This document shows, piece after piece, positions 9,877-18,941 of a stretch of 64,000 nucleotides of DNA. Position numbers and translations under genes: made by a program. Each line of letters opens with the position of its first letter. Position 1 is the first letter of the stretch. Below the pieces are notes generated by a model. That model had not been told where the DNA came from, ran no database searches, and saw only the letters and a list, made by a program, of their open reading frames with translations. Origin of the DNA: Halieaceae bacterium (GTDB lineage Bacteria; Pseudomonadota; Gammaproteobacteria; Pseudomonadales; Halieaceae); NCBI GenBank assembly GCA_902623175.1, contig CACNSR010000015.1, positions 2,889-66,888 on the forward strand. The letters are read 5' to 3'.

Positions 9877-10243
9877 CCACCTTGAGGCTGGGCCGGCCGC
9901 GGCCCGCTGGCGGCTCCGGTGGGTCATCCGGCTCTTCCGCCGCGTCGAACACCATCCCCTGCCCGTTTTCTCGCGCGTAGATACCGAGAATCGCTCTGAT
10001 GGGTACGACAATATCGGTCGCCACCCCACCAAAGCGGCCATTGAAGAGAATCAGATCATTCCCCATCTCCAAACCGACCACGGCGTTGGGGGAAATATTC
10101 AGTACAATCTGACCATCGGTCACATAGCTTTGAGGCACATCTACCCCGTCGTGATCCACGTCGACCAGCAGGTGAGGGGTACAATCATTGTCCACGATCC
10201 ACTCATAGATAGCGCGGATAATATAGGGACGGCTCGAGTTCAA
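9869..10243 (-). CDS. sspB: ClpXP adaptor, stringent starvation protein B
   Basis: SSRPY..RA.YEWI.DN..TPH, IYARENGQG, C-terminal RPSLKVVK. Confidence 0.96.
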   Translation of the reverse strand: MNSSRPYIIRAIYEWIVDNDCTPHLLVDVDHDGVDVPQSYVTDGQIVLNISPNAVVGLEMGNDLILFNGRFGGVATDIVVPIRAILGIYARENGQGMVFDAAEEPDDPPEPPAGRGRPSLKVVK

Positions 10244-10258
10244 GTGAGGCCGGCCGCT

Positions 10259-10906
10259 TTAGGAGCGCATCTCCCGCTCCTTTATGGAGAGACTCTCCTG
10301 AAACGCCTCCCGATTAAACAGACGATCCATGTAATCGAGGAGCGGCTTCGACTGCTTGCTCGGACGAATATCGACGCCCAGTGACGGCAAGCGCCACAGA
10401 ATAGGCGCTACGCAGCAATCCACCAGAGAGAACTCTTCACTCATGAAAAAGGGTTTCTCCATGAAGATCGGCGACACCGCCACCAAGCTCTCTTTTAGCT
10501 CTTTTACAGACTTCTTCACGACATTGTCACTGCGAGATGACTGTATAGCATCGACCAACGCCGCCCAGTCTTTCTCGATACGGTAGACAAAAAGACGGCT
10601 TTCGGCACGTGCTACGGGATAAACGGGCAACAACGGCGGATGAGGGAAACGTTCGTCAAGGTATTCCATCATGACCTTGGACTCGTATAACACCAAATCA
10701 CGATCGAGTAATGTCGGCATGGTGTTATAGGGGTTCAGGTCTCCCAACTCAGCGGGAATCGCACCGGTCTCTGACTCAACCAGTTCTACGGTGACGCCCT
10801 TTTCGGCAAGCACCAATCGGACACGATGGCTGTAATGGCTGGTGTTATCCGAAAATAAGGTCATGGAGGATCGCTTCGATACGATCCCGGAAGCATCATC
10901 TGACAT
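10259..10906 (-). CDS. sspA: Stringent starvation protein A (GST fold)
   Basis: KRSSMTLFS, YLDERFPHPPLLPVYPVARA, APILWRL. Confidence 0.96.
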   Translation of the reverse strand: MSDDASGIVSKRSSMTLFSDNTSHYSHRVRLVLAEKGVTVELVESETGAIPAELGDLNPYNTMPTLLDRDLVLYESKVMMEYLDERFPHPPLLPVYPVARAESRLFVYRIEKDWAALVDAIQSSRSDNVVKKSVKELKESLVAVSPIFMEKPFFMSEEFSLVDCCVAPILWRLPSLGVDIRPSKQSKPLLDYMDRLFNREAFQESLSIKEREMRS

Positions 10907-10991
10907 ACAAATTCAATTGACCAAAGATGGGGGGCGAAGTGTACCACTCAAACGGAAGCAGAGGTTGCACCCAATTCGCCAGGCGCCGTGT

Positions 10992-12992
10992 TTAGTGAAC
11001 GTCTTTCCAGTATTCGCGGTTCAGCAACCACGCGAAAATGAAGAACACCACCAGGAATAACAGGACGTAGGTGCCGATGCGCAACCGGTCTGACTTGTAA
11101 GGTTCGGCAGTGTAGGCCAGAAAATTAACGAGATCGTACATCGCACCGTCAAACTGCTCGGCAGACATGGCACCGGCCAAAGCCACATCCATCGTCACAC
11201 ACTGCTCAGCCTTCGCTGCCGCAGCACCCACCTCATCGGAGCAGGCAGCCAGACCCTGCAGTTCCATCAACACATGGGGCATTCCCACGTTCGGATAGAC
11301 CCGATTGTTCACGCCGTAAGGACGCAGGTCGTCCTGATAAAACGCGCGCAAATACGTATATAGCCACTCGGGCTGCCTGGCTCGGGAGATCAACGTCAGA
11401 TCCGGTGGGGTCGCCCCGAACCAAACCTTGGCATCATCTTTATCCATGCTGTTGGACATGAGCGAACCTAGTTTGATTTCGGGGTCAAAAACCAGGTTGG
11501 CTTTGTATAAATCTTCCGGGATACCGAGATCACGAGCGACGCGGTTGTGCCGCGAATACTGCAGAGAGTGGCAACCCATGCAGTAGTTAGCGTAGAGCGC
11601 CGCACCGCGTTGCAGCGACGGCTTATCTGACGGATCCGCATCAAACGCGTCACAAGGGATCGTGCCGCAGTCATATGCTGATTCAGCACCCACGACCTTG
11701 AGGGGCAGGAAGGTCATGGCGCCAATGAAAACCAACGTCGCCATGCTTTGCCAAACCGACATACCGCCGTTCATCGTCACCCGCTCTGGTTCAGGCTTGG
11801 AACGACCCATTCGCGACCACCAAGGCATAGCTAGGAAGAAGAAAAAGTAAAAAATTGTGCAAATTTGTGCCAGCACAGTGCGTTCAGGGGTAGGGGACTT
11901 AACACCCAGCACGCCAAGGATGATGAAACACACTACGAACAGCAGCAGCATGATGCGATTGAGCATGCCGCGGTAGCGCCACGATTTCACCGGGTTGCGA
12001 TCCAACCACGGGAGCGCAAAGGGAACCACCACTGAAGCCGCGAAGAACACAAAGCCCCAGAACTTGTCGGGTACTGCCCGGAGAACAGAGTAATAAGGTG
12101 TGAAGTACCACACGGGGGCAATATGCGCCGGGGTCTTCAGCCCGTTTGCCTCTTCAAAGTTCGCAAATTCTAGGAAAAAACCGCCCATCTCAGGCGCGAA
12201 GAACAGCACCCCACAGAAGAAAAACAAGAACACCGCAATGCCCTGCACGTCATGCACGGAGTAGTATGGGTGGAACTTAATGCCGTCCAACGGCACACCG
12301 TCAGGGCCCTTATTCTTCTTGATCTCGATACCGTCCGGATTGTTCGAGCCCACTTCATGTAATGCCAGAATGTGCAGCACCACGAGAGCCAGCAGCACTA
12401 TGGGCAGCGCCACAACGTGAAGCGCAAAGAATCGGTTCAAAGTAATACCCGACAGGAGATAGTCGCCGCGGATCCAGGTCACGATGTCCTCGCCAATAAC
12501 CGGGATAGCGCCGAACAGCGAAATAATCACCTGTGCGCCCCAGTAGGACATCTGCCCCCAAGGCAACACGTAACCTACAAACGCCTCAGCCATGAGCACG
12601 ACGAAAATCAGCATGCCGAAGATCCAGATAAGTTCACGAGGCTTCTTATAAGAGCCATACATGAGGGCACGCATCATATGCAGGTAGACCACAATAAAGA
12701 ACGCCGAGGCCCCAGTGGAGTGCATGTAGCGCAGCAACCATCCGTAATCCACGTCGCGCATGATGTACTCGACTGAAGCAAAAGCCTCTTCCGCTGATGG
12801 CGTGTAACTCATCGTCAGCCAAATGCCTGTCAGCAGCTGGTTGACGAGCACCAACAGCGAAAACACCCCAAAGAAGTACCACAGATTGAAGTTCTTGGGC
12901 GCGTAGTACTCGCCCATGTGGGTATCCCAGGTTCGCGTCAGCGGCAGTCGCGCGTCAATCCAGGACATCAGACCGGTCAGTGCTTTTTCCAT
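10992..12992 (-). CDS. Fused cytochrome b + cytochrome c1 of the bc1 complex
   Basis: Cyt b motifs (RYMHSTGAS, GYVLPWGQMSYWG, RFFALH, PVWY) continue in frame into c1 (CMGCH, PPDL, GMPHVL, C-terminal TM ...EYWKDVH); 666 aa with no stop. Confidence 0.93.
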   Translation of the reverse strand: MEKALTGLMSWIDARLPLTRTWDTHMGEYYAPKNFNLWYFFGVFSLLVLVNQLLTGIWLTMSYTPSAEEAFASVEYIMRDVDYGWLLRYMHSTGASAFFIVVYLHMMRALMYGSYKKPRELIWIFGMLIFVVLMAEAFVGYVLPWGQMSYWGAQVIISLFGAIPVIGEDIVTWIRGDYLLSGITLNRFFALHVVALPIVLLALVVLHILALHEVGSNNPDGIEIKKNKGPDGVPLDGIKFHPYYSVHDVQGIAVFLFFFCGVLFFAPEMGGFFLEFANFEEANGLKTPAHIAPVWYFTPYYSVLRAVPDKFWGFVFFAASVVVPFALPWLDRNPVKSWRYRGMLNRIMLLLFVVCFIILGVLGVKSPTPERTVLAQICTIFYFFFFLAMPWWSRMGRSKPEPERVTMNGGMSVWQSMATLVFIGAMTFLPLKVVGAESAYDCGTIPCDAFDADPSDKPSLQRGAALYANYCMGCHSLQYSRHNRVARDLGIPEDLYKANLVFDPEIKLGSLMSNSMDKDDAKVWFGATPPDLTLISRARQPEWLYTYLRAFYQDDLRPYGVNNRVYPNVGMPHVLMELQGLAACSDEVGAAAAKAEQCVTMDVALAGAMSAEQFDGAMYDLVNFLAYTAEPYKSDRLRIGTYVLLFLVVFFIFAWLLNREYWKDVH

Positions 12993-13612
12993 CAGGCTGC
13001 CTCCGCGTCAACGCCAATAACTAGCACGCCGTCGCTCTCGTAGGAATAAGGGGGAATCTCAAGATTGGCTGACGCCGGTACGCCTTTGTATACGCGCCCA
13101 GCCAGGTCAAATTTGGATCCGTGGCAGGGGCAAAAGAAGCCACCCAACCACTCGTCGCCACCCATGTCTGTCGCGCCGACCTCGGGCCGAAACTTGGGAG
13201 CACATCCCAGGTGGGTGCAGAGCCCTACCATCACGAGAAATTCTTCATTGATGGCTCTGCCATCACCCTCGATATAGTCGGGCTGCGCGGATACCTCTGA
13301 CGAGGGATCCTTCAGGCCGTCGTTCAAGGTGGCCAAACCCGCCACCTGCTCAGGGGTTCGGCGCAGCACGTATACCGGTTTGCCGCGCCACTCAATCACT
13401 ACCATTTGTCCTGGTTCGAGCTTACTAATATCAGCGCGGACCGGCGCGCCTGCTGCCTTCGCTTTCTCTGATGGATTCCATGATCCGAGGAAAGGCACGG
13501 CGACCCCAGCCACACCGCCAACGCCCACCGCTGAGGTTGCCGCGGTCAAAAAGCGTCGACGTGTTTGACCATCATCAGCTAGCGAGCCGTGCTCGCCTGT
13601 TGTATCCGTCAT
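12992..13612 (-). CDS. petA: Rieske iron-sulfur subunit of the bc1 complex
   Basis: Tat motif RRRFL, CTHLGC, CPCHGS. Confidence 0.97.
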   Translation of the reverse strand: MTDTTGEHGSLADDGQTRRRFLTAATSAVGVGGVAGVAVPFLGSWNPSEKAKAAGAPVRADISKLEPGQMVVIEWRGKPVYVLRRTPEQVAGLATLNDGLKDPSSEVSAQPDYIEGDGRAINEEFLVMVGLCTHLGCAPKFRPEVGATDMGGDEWLGGFFCPCHGSKFDLAGRVYKGVPASANLEIPPYSYESDGVLVIGVDAEAA

Positions 13613-13724
13613 GATTGAGACTCTCCCGGTCTACCCTGTCACCTGCCATTACCCGCCACCACCCATATGACGGGAATAAAAGAGCTCATGTGGCCTTGGC
13701 GAACAAGGTGAAGTAAGCGCGCGA

Positions 13725-13753
13725 AGTGTAATAGTCACGTCAGCCTCCAGCAA
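13725..13753 (-). promoter_or_regulatory. Putative sigma70 promoter of the pet operon
   Basis: TTGCTG-N17-TACACT followed by GC-rich TCGCGCGC. Confidence 0.55.
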
Positions 13754-13806
13754 GTTGAAATACGTAACGCATGCTGACCAGGATCAGCTTAGGGTTGAAC
13801 TACTGC

Positions 13807-14130
13807 TTACTTGTTAGGAGCGAAGCTATTCACCAGCACCACCCCCGCCACGATCAGTAGCAAGCCCAAAATGGCTCGCCAGTCCAGTGCCTGCTCAAAA
13901 AATAGGTATCCGAACCAAGTGATGAGAAAAATCCCCAGCCCAGACCACGTGGCGTACACCACCGCGATCGGCAGCGTATTCAAGGCGAAGGTCAAACAGT
14001 AGAAAGAGGCCGCGTAGCATCCAATCAAGGACAGCGTGGGTACTGGGCGGGTGAAGTTCTGGCTCACGGGCAACAACATGGTCCCGCACACTTCCAACGC
14101 CACTGCTATCAGCAAATAAACGTACTGCAC
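13807..14130 (-). CDS. SMR (EmrE/Qac-like) small multidrug transporter
   Basis: 107 aa, 4 TM, TM1 Glu (ALEV.GT), YATWSGLG. Confidence 0.88.
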   Translation of the reverse strand: MQYVYLLIAVALEVCGTMLLPVSQNFTRPVPTLSLIGCYAASFYCLTFALNTLPIAVVYATWSGLGIFLITWFGYLFFEQALDWRAILGLLLIVAGVVLVNSFAPNK

Positions 14131-14247
14131 GATATCTACCTTCCCTCTCTCGCGGCTCCCTTAGGTAGGCGGCTTCAACCTACCTGCATCCATTATTAGA
14201 TCGCTATCTAAACGCCTGCCGTGCTATGGGACCTGAACTTAGGCTAC

Positions 14248-14271
14248 AAAAAGGCCCGCATCGGCGGGCCT
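14248..14271 (-). terminator. Rho-independent terminator of rplM-rpsI
   Basis: GGCCCGC-cgat-GCGGGCC followed by TTTTT on the minus strand. Confidence 0.85.
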
Positions 14272-14292
14272 CTGGGAAGATCAATTGGTCTA

Positions 14293-14685
14293 TCAGCGCT
14301 TCGAGAACTGGGGGCGCCGACGGGCTTTTCGCAAGCCAACTTTCTTACGCTCAACCTCTCGGGCATCGCGGGTGACATAACCTGCCGCTCGCAAGGTAGC
14401 GCGAAGGCTTTCGTCGTATTCCAACAATGCACGTGTGAGCCCGTGACGTATAGCACCCGCTTGGCCAAAGCTGCCACCACCAGCCACCGTCACATTGGTG
14501 TCGAAGGTGTCGGTGTTCTCGGTCAGTTCCAGGGGTTGCCTGACAATCATTCGCGCCACTTCTCTGCCAAAGTACTCATCGATAGGACGGCCGTTGATAA
14601 TGATGTTGCCGCTACCTGTCCTTAAAAAGACACGCGCAGTGGACGTCTTTCGACGTCCTGTTCCGTAATACTGTGCGGTTGCCAT
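14293..14685 (-). CDS. rpsI: 30S ribosomal protein S9
   Basis: YYGTGRRK ... [12 protein letters not shown]. Confidence 0.98.
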   Translation of the reverse strand: MATAQYYGTGRRKTSTARVFLRTGSGNIIINGRPIDEYFGREVARMIVRQPLELTENTDTFDTNVTVAGGGSFGQAGAIRHGLTRALLEYDESLRATLRAAGYVTRDAREVERKKVGLRKARRRPQFSKR

Positions 14686-14695
14686 CATGACCTCC

Positions 14696-15124
14696 TCAGA
14701 TCGTCAGCGGCTGCGGCTGCTGTGCCGCATGCGGATGCGAAGGCCCCGCATAGACTTTGAGCTTTTTCAGCATTGCGCGGCCCAGGGGGCTCCGCGGCAT
14801 CATGCCCTTCACCGCACGCTGCATAACCCGCTCCGGCGCCTTGTCGATCAACTGCTCGAAGCTGGCTGAGCGGATGCCACCCGGAAAACCCGTGTGGTGG
14901 TAGTACATTTTTTCGGTTTGCTTCGCTCCGGTGACGCGAATTTTCTCGCAGTTCACGACAACGACGTAGTCACCCATGTCCATGTGAGGGGTGTACTCTG
15001 GCTTGTGCTTGCCGCGCAAACGATGCGCGATCTCTGTCGCGAGACGACCGAGAGTCAAATTCTCGGCATCGACCACTAACCAGTCGTGCTGAACATCTTC
15101 TGCCTTGGCGCTGTATGTTTTCAT
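14696..15124 (-). CDS. rplM: 50S ribosomal protein L13
   Basis: [28 protein letters not shown]. Confidence 0.98.
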   Translation of the reverse strand: MKTYSAKAEDVQHDWLVVDAENLTLGRLATEIAHRLRGKHKPEYTPHMDMGDYVVVVNCEKIRVTGAKQTEKMYYHHTGFPGGIRSASFEQLIDKAPERVMQRAVKGMMPRSPLGRAMLKKLKVYAGPSHPHAAQQPQPLTI

Positions 15125-15160
15125 GACCCATGCCCTGAGGGCGAAATCAGAGGAGCGCGG

Positions 15161-15189
15161 ATATTACTGGAGTGCCTGAGGCCTTTCAA
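15161..15189 (-). promoter_or_regulatory. sigma70 promoter of rplM-rpsI with GC-rich discriminator
   Basis: TTGAAA-N17-TAATAT-CCGCGC. Confidence 0.7.
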
Positions 15190-15211
15190 CCGTTAATTTG
15201 CCGCGCAAGCG

Positions 15212-16318
15212 TCACGAGCGATGCTCGGCTTTGAGGTATTCCTGAGTGCGCATTTCCTGCAATCTGGAGACCGTCCGATCAAACTCGAAGCGCAGCCTTG
15301 ATCCGTTGTAGAGCGCTTCCGGCGGCTGAGCAGCTGTGGCAATCAGTTTGACATTGCGATCGTAAAACTCATCCACCAAATTAATAAAACGCCGCGCCGC
15401 GTCCTCTTTGTCCCGGTCCAGTAGTGGAATCTGCTCAATCAATACGGTGTGGTACTCGCGAGCCATCTCGACATAGTCGGCTGCGCTGCGCGGCTCCTCA
15501 CAGAGGGTACTAAAGGTCGCCCAGGCAATACCGGGCGCATCGGCTAGCAGATTGACGGCTCTTTGATTGATGTCGACCGATTTGGGTTCACCAGCTAACC
15601 GTCCGGTCAGCGACGAAAAATAGGCTGACAGCGCGTCAGCGGCGGACCCGTCGTGGGGGACGTGCCATAAATCAGCGCGTTGTAGCGTTCTGAAGCGGTA
15701 ATCAGTAGCCGCTTCCAGATGCGTGACGACCAGGTGCTGCTCAAGCAAAGCAATTGCCGGCAGAAAACGGCTGCGCTGCAGTCCATCCCGGTATAGCTCC
15801 TGTGGCGGGATGTTCGACGTGGCGACCAGCGTGACACCCCGTCGAAACAGCGCATCGATCAGTCCACCGAGGATCATAGCATCGCCAATATCACTGACAA
15901 AAAACTCGTCAAAGCAGAGCACCAGGGCCTCACCAGCGATTTCATCTGCCACGACTTCAAGCGGGTTTTTGGCACCGCTGTACTGGGTCAGTGCCGTGTG
16001 CACACGTTGCATGAAACGATGGAAGTGAACCCTGAGTTTTCGCTCTAGAGCCAGGCTGTCGTGGAAGGTATCTACCAGATGCGTTTTACCCCGGCCTACC
16101 CCGCCCCAGATATACAGTCCTTGCTCTGGCGACACGGGAAAGCCCATCAGCTTCCGTGCGCGGGCCCGAACGGTGTTTTGCTCTGCTGCTCTGGCCAGAA
16201 GCCGACTGCATAAATCATCTAACTGGCGCATCACATTTTCCTGCGCAGGATCATCCAACAGGGCGCCAGATGCCACGTCTCGATGGTAGCGCTGTAATGG
16301 GGAAAGGCTTTCTGTCAT
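15212..16318 (-). CDS. zapE: AFG1-family ATPase ZapE
   Basis: GLYIWGGVGRGKT, HFHRFM, LCFDEF, ARRFINLVDEFYD; start set at ATG 16318. Confidence 0.94.
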   Translation of the reverse strand: MTESLSPLQRYHRDVASGALLDDPAQENVMRQLDDLCSRLLARAAEQNTVRARARKLMGFPVSPEQGLYIWGGVGRGKTHLVDTFHDSLALERKLRVHFHRFMQRVHTALTQYSGAKNPLEVVADEIAGEALVLCFDEFFVSDIGDAMILGGLIDALFRRGVTLVATSNIPPQELYRDGLQRSRFLPAIALLEQHLVVTHLEAATDYRFRTLQRADLWHVPHDGSAADALSAYFSSLTGRLAGEPKSVDINQRAVNLLADAPGIAWATFSTLCEEPRSAADYVEMAREYHTVLIEQIPLLDRDKEDAARRFINLVDEFYDRNVKLIATAAQPPEALYNGSRLRFEFDRTVSRLQEMRTQEYLKAEHRS

Positions 16319-16549
16319 GGTTTGGCGATGCAAAGATTGAGGGGCCAGTGCGCTGCTTGAGCGGCGCGCAGGGTAGCACGGATGGTGCGACCAAAAAGTG
16401 CGCTACTGACTACCCGACGATATACGCTCTTGACACTCAAGTTAGATCGATCTGACCCTACGTAAACCGCCGCGGGACGCCGTGCCTGACTTGCAGTACA
16501 CTCCGCGGTATAGGTGGGGAAAACTCGGTAACCAAGGGTCTTTAAAACC

Positions 16550-17002
16550 ATGTATTCAATGTCAAACCTAGTCTTTGCATTCATTATTGGCGGCGGTATC
16601 GGTGGCGTTGTTGGATGGTATCTGGCCCTGAATGCGCGTGGCGACAACAAGCGCAAAGTGATCATGGAACTCGAAAGCCAGTTGGATCAGGCCAAACAGG
16701 CTCGGGCTGATTACGAGGCGGAGGTATCCGAACACTTCTCGCAAACCGCAGATCTCCTGCACAAGCTGACCAGCGACTATCGTGCTGTATACACGCACCT
16801 CGCGGACGGCGCCGAGCAGTTATGTGGTGACCGGGTCAGCATCTCTGAGGCGGCGCTCACCGCGCCCGCGGCAGAGTCGAATGACAAACCGCATCTAATC
16901 GAGGTGGAGCAACCACTGGACTATGCCCCCAAGAAGCCGGATGAGCAGGGGCAACTCTCGGAAACTTTCGGCCTGGATAAGTCCAACAGCTCAGCTGCTT
17001 GA
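16550..17002 (+). CDS. zapG: DUF1043/YhcB (ZapG) membrane protein
   Basis: N-terminal TM, HF..TA.LL..L..DY..VY.HLA, P.DYAPK. Confidence 0.9.
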   Translation: MYSMSNLVFAFIIGGGIGGVVGWYLALNARGDNKRKVIMELESQLDQAKQARADYEAEVSEHFSQTADLLHKLTSDYRAVYTHLADGAEQLCGDRVSISEAALTAPAAESNDKPHLIEVEQPLDYAPKKPDEQGQLSETFGLDKSNSSAA

Positions 17003-17007
17003 AGCCC

Positions 17008-17763
17008 TCAGGCAGGGTTGTCGATATCGATGAACTCGTGGCTCAACCCCAGCGCTTCGGCTGCAAGTGTGCCGACCACCTGCACGCCATAGCGCTCAGT
17101 GGCGTGGTGGCCCGCACCGATAAAAGCAATACCGCGCTCCAGGGCTACGTGCGCCGTCTGCTCTGAGACCTCCCCCGTCACATACACATCAGCGCCCGCA
17201 TCGGCGGCGAGATCGATGTAGCCTTGCCCGGCCCCTGTGCACCATGCCACTGATTTCACGTCGCCCTCTCCAATCACGAGCGGGGTGCGATCCAACGCAA
17301 AACTAAGTCGGTCCGCGAGTTCCCGAGCCGTGACCGACGCCTCGAACTGGCCCAGGAAGACTGGCGTGCTCGGATCTTCCGGGTCGAGCGCCTCGGGAGC
17401 CTCAATGCCCATCAGCCGGCCGAGCGCCGCGTTATTACCGTGCAGCGGATGACAATCCAGCGGCAGATGGTAGGCAAACAAATTGATATCAGCCTTTATC
17501 AGCGCGCGCACTCGCGCCGCCTTCATCCCCGTAATACAAGGCGGCTCTGAGCGCCAGAAATAACCATGATGGACCAGTATGGCGTCAGCCCCGCGGTCGC
17601 GCGCGGCCTCAATCAGCGCCTGACTAGCTGTCACGCCGGTGACTAAGTGTCGCACCTCGGTTTTCCCCTCAACCTGCAACCCATTTGGGCAATAGTCTTT
17701 GAAGCGCTGAGGCGTCAGTAAATCGTCAAAAAAGACGTTCAGTTGTTGTCTAGTGCAGCCCAT
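17008..17763 (-). CDS. Nif3-like dinuclear metal hexameric protein
   Basis: DYCPNGLQVEG, HHG.FW, YHLPLD, GHHATERYG, NPA. Confidence 0.94.
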   Translation of the reverse strand: MGCTRQQLNVFFDDLLTPQRFKDYCPNGLQVEGKTEVRHLVTGVTASQALIEAARDRGADAILVHHGYFWRSEPPCITGMKAARVRALIKADINLFAYHLPLDCHPLHGNNAALGRLMGIEAPEALDPEDPSTPVFLGQFEASVTARELADRLSFALDRTPLVIGEGDVKSVAWCTGAGQGYIDLAADAGADVYVTGEVSEQTAHVALERGIAFIGAGHHATERYGVQVVGTLAAEALGLSHEFIDIDNPA

Positions 17764-17839
17764 AGTCCGACCAAGCCAGTTTTCTCTTTTGGGAGAATAA
17801 CCAGCGCACGATCATTTACAATGGCCCGAGGAGATCGAT

Positions 17840-18940
17840 GTGAAACAAGAACTGACCACCAACATATGGCCGGCACTGGTCGGCGTCCTAGCTGCGGCAC
17901 TTATTCTCGATAAATGGGTGCTGGAGCCACAGGAAACAGGGAACGCACCGGTCAGCGGCGGCTACCGTGACGCTGTGGCGCTGGCCACCCCATCGGTGGT
18001 CAACATCTACACCGCCAAATTGGTTGATGCGCGCACTGACCCCCGCCTGAACTCACCGCTACAGCGTCGGTTGTTTTCCAACCGCGGCAGTCGCCAGCGC
18101 GTCGAGCGCTCGCTGGGCTCTGGCGTGATTCTCAGCGCTGCGGGACATATTGTGACCAACAACCACGTGATTGCAGGCGCTGACGCCATTCAGGTACTGC
18201 TTGCAGATGGCCGTTCAGCCAACGCCTCGGTGGTGGGCAGTGACCCCGAGACCGATCTCGCCATTTTACACATCGACCTGCCGGAGCTGACACCGATCGC
18301 GGTGGCGGATGCCGAGGATATCGCCGTGGGTGATGTGGTGTTGGCTATCGGCAACCCCTACGGCTTTGGCCACTCTGTATCCCAGGGCATCGTCTCAGGA
18401 GTGGGCCGCTTCGGTTTGCAGTTGTCGACCTACGAGGGCTATATCCAGACTGATGCCACCATCCACCTCGGTAGCTCAGGCGGCGCCCTGATCGATCATC
18501 AAGGTCGTTTAGTCGGCATTAATACCTTGATTTATACCGCGGGCACGGAACGCAACGGGGAAACACCGGGAATCGGGATTAACCTCGCAACCCCTAGCCC
18601 ATTGGCTGCAGCTGTGCTGGATGACATCGTCAAGTATGGACATGTTATTCGCGGTTGGCTGGGCGTCAGCGTGGAAGTGCTACTCAGCGAAAAGCAGGCC
18701 GGAGAGGCAATGCAACAACTGATCGTGACAGATCTCGCTCCCGGCGGACCTGCCCAGCGCGCTGGCATCCAGCTCAATGACATCATCGTGGCTATGGATG
18801 GGGAACCGGTCGTGGATGGCCGGGCGGCGATGCTGCAAATCGCTCAATTGCAACCGGGGCATCTCCTCCGGGTCAATTTGGATCGCGAGGGTGTGCCCAT
18901 CGAATTGGAAGCCGTCGTCGGCACCCGCGGCAACAGCTGA
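17840..18940 (+). CDS. HtrA-family serine protease with one PDZ (DegS/AlgW-like)
   Basis: LGSGV, TNNHV, DLA, GSSGG catalytic triad; RGWLGV leading into PDZ. Confidence 0.9.
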   Translation: MKQELTTNIWPALVGVLAAALILDKWVLEPQETGNAPVSGGYRDAVALATPSVVNIYTAKLVDARTDPRLNSPLQRRLFSNRGSRQRVERSLGSGVILSAAGHIVTNNHVIAGADAIQVLLADGRSANASVVGSDPETDLAILHIDLPELTPIAVADAEDIAVGDVVLAIGNPYGFGHSVSQGIVSGVGRFGLQLSTYEGYIQTDATIHLGSSGGALIDHQGRLVGINTLIYTAGTERNGETPGIGINLATPSPLAAAVLDDIVKYGHVIRGWLGVSVEVLLSEKQAGEAMQQLIVTDLAPGGPAQRAGIQLNDIIVAMDGEPVVDGRAAMLQIAQLQPGHLLRVNLDREGVPIELEAVVGTRGNS

Positions 18941-18941
18941 C

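Noticed and set aside
14160-14215. Guanidine riboswitch upstream of the SMR gene
   Set aside because: No ACGR loops or ykkC / ykkC-III consensus, and the protein looks EmrE/Qac-like rather than Gdx-like.
16430-16460. SoxR/MerR-type promoter (CTCAAGTT half-site after TTGACA)
   Set aside because: The second half-site is absent and there is no acceptable -10 at 19-bp spacing.
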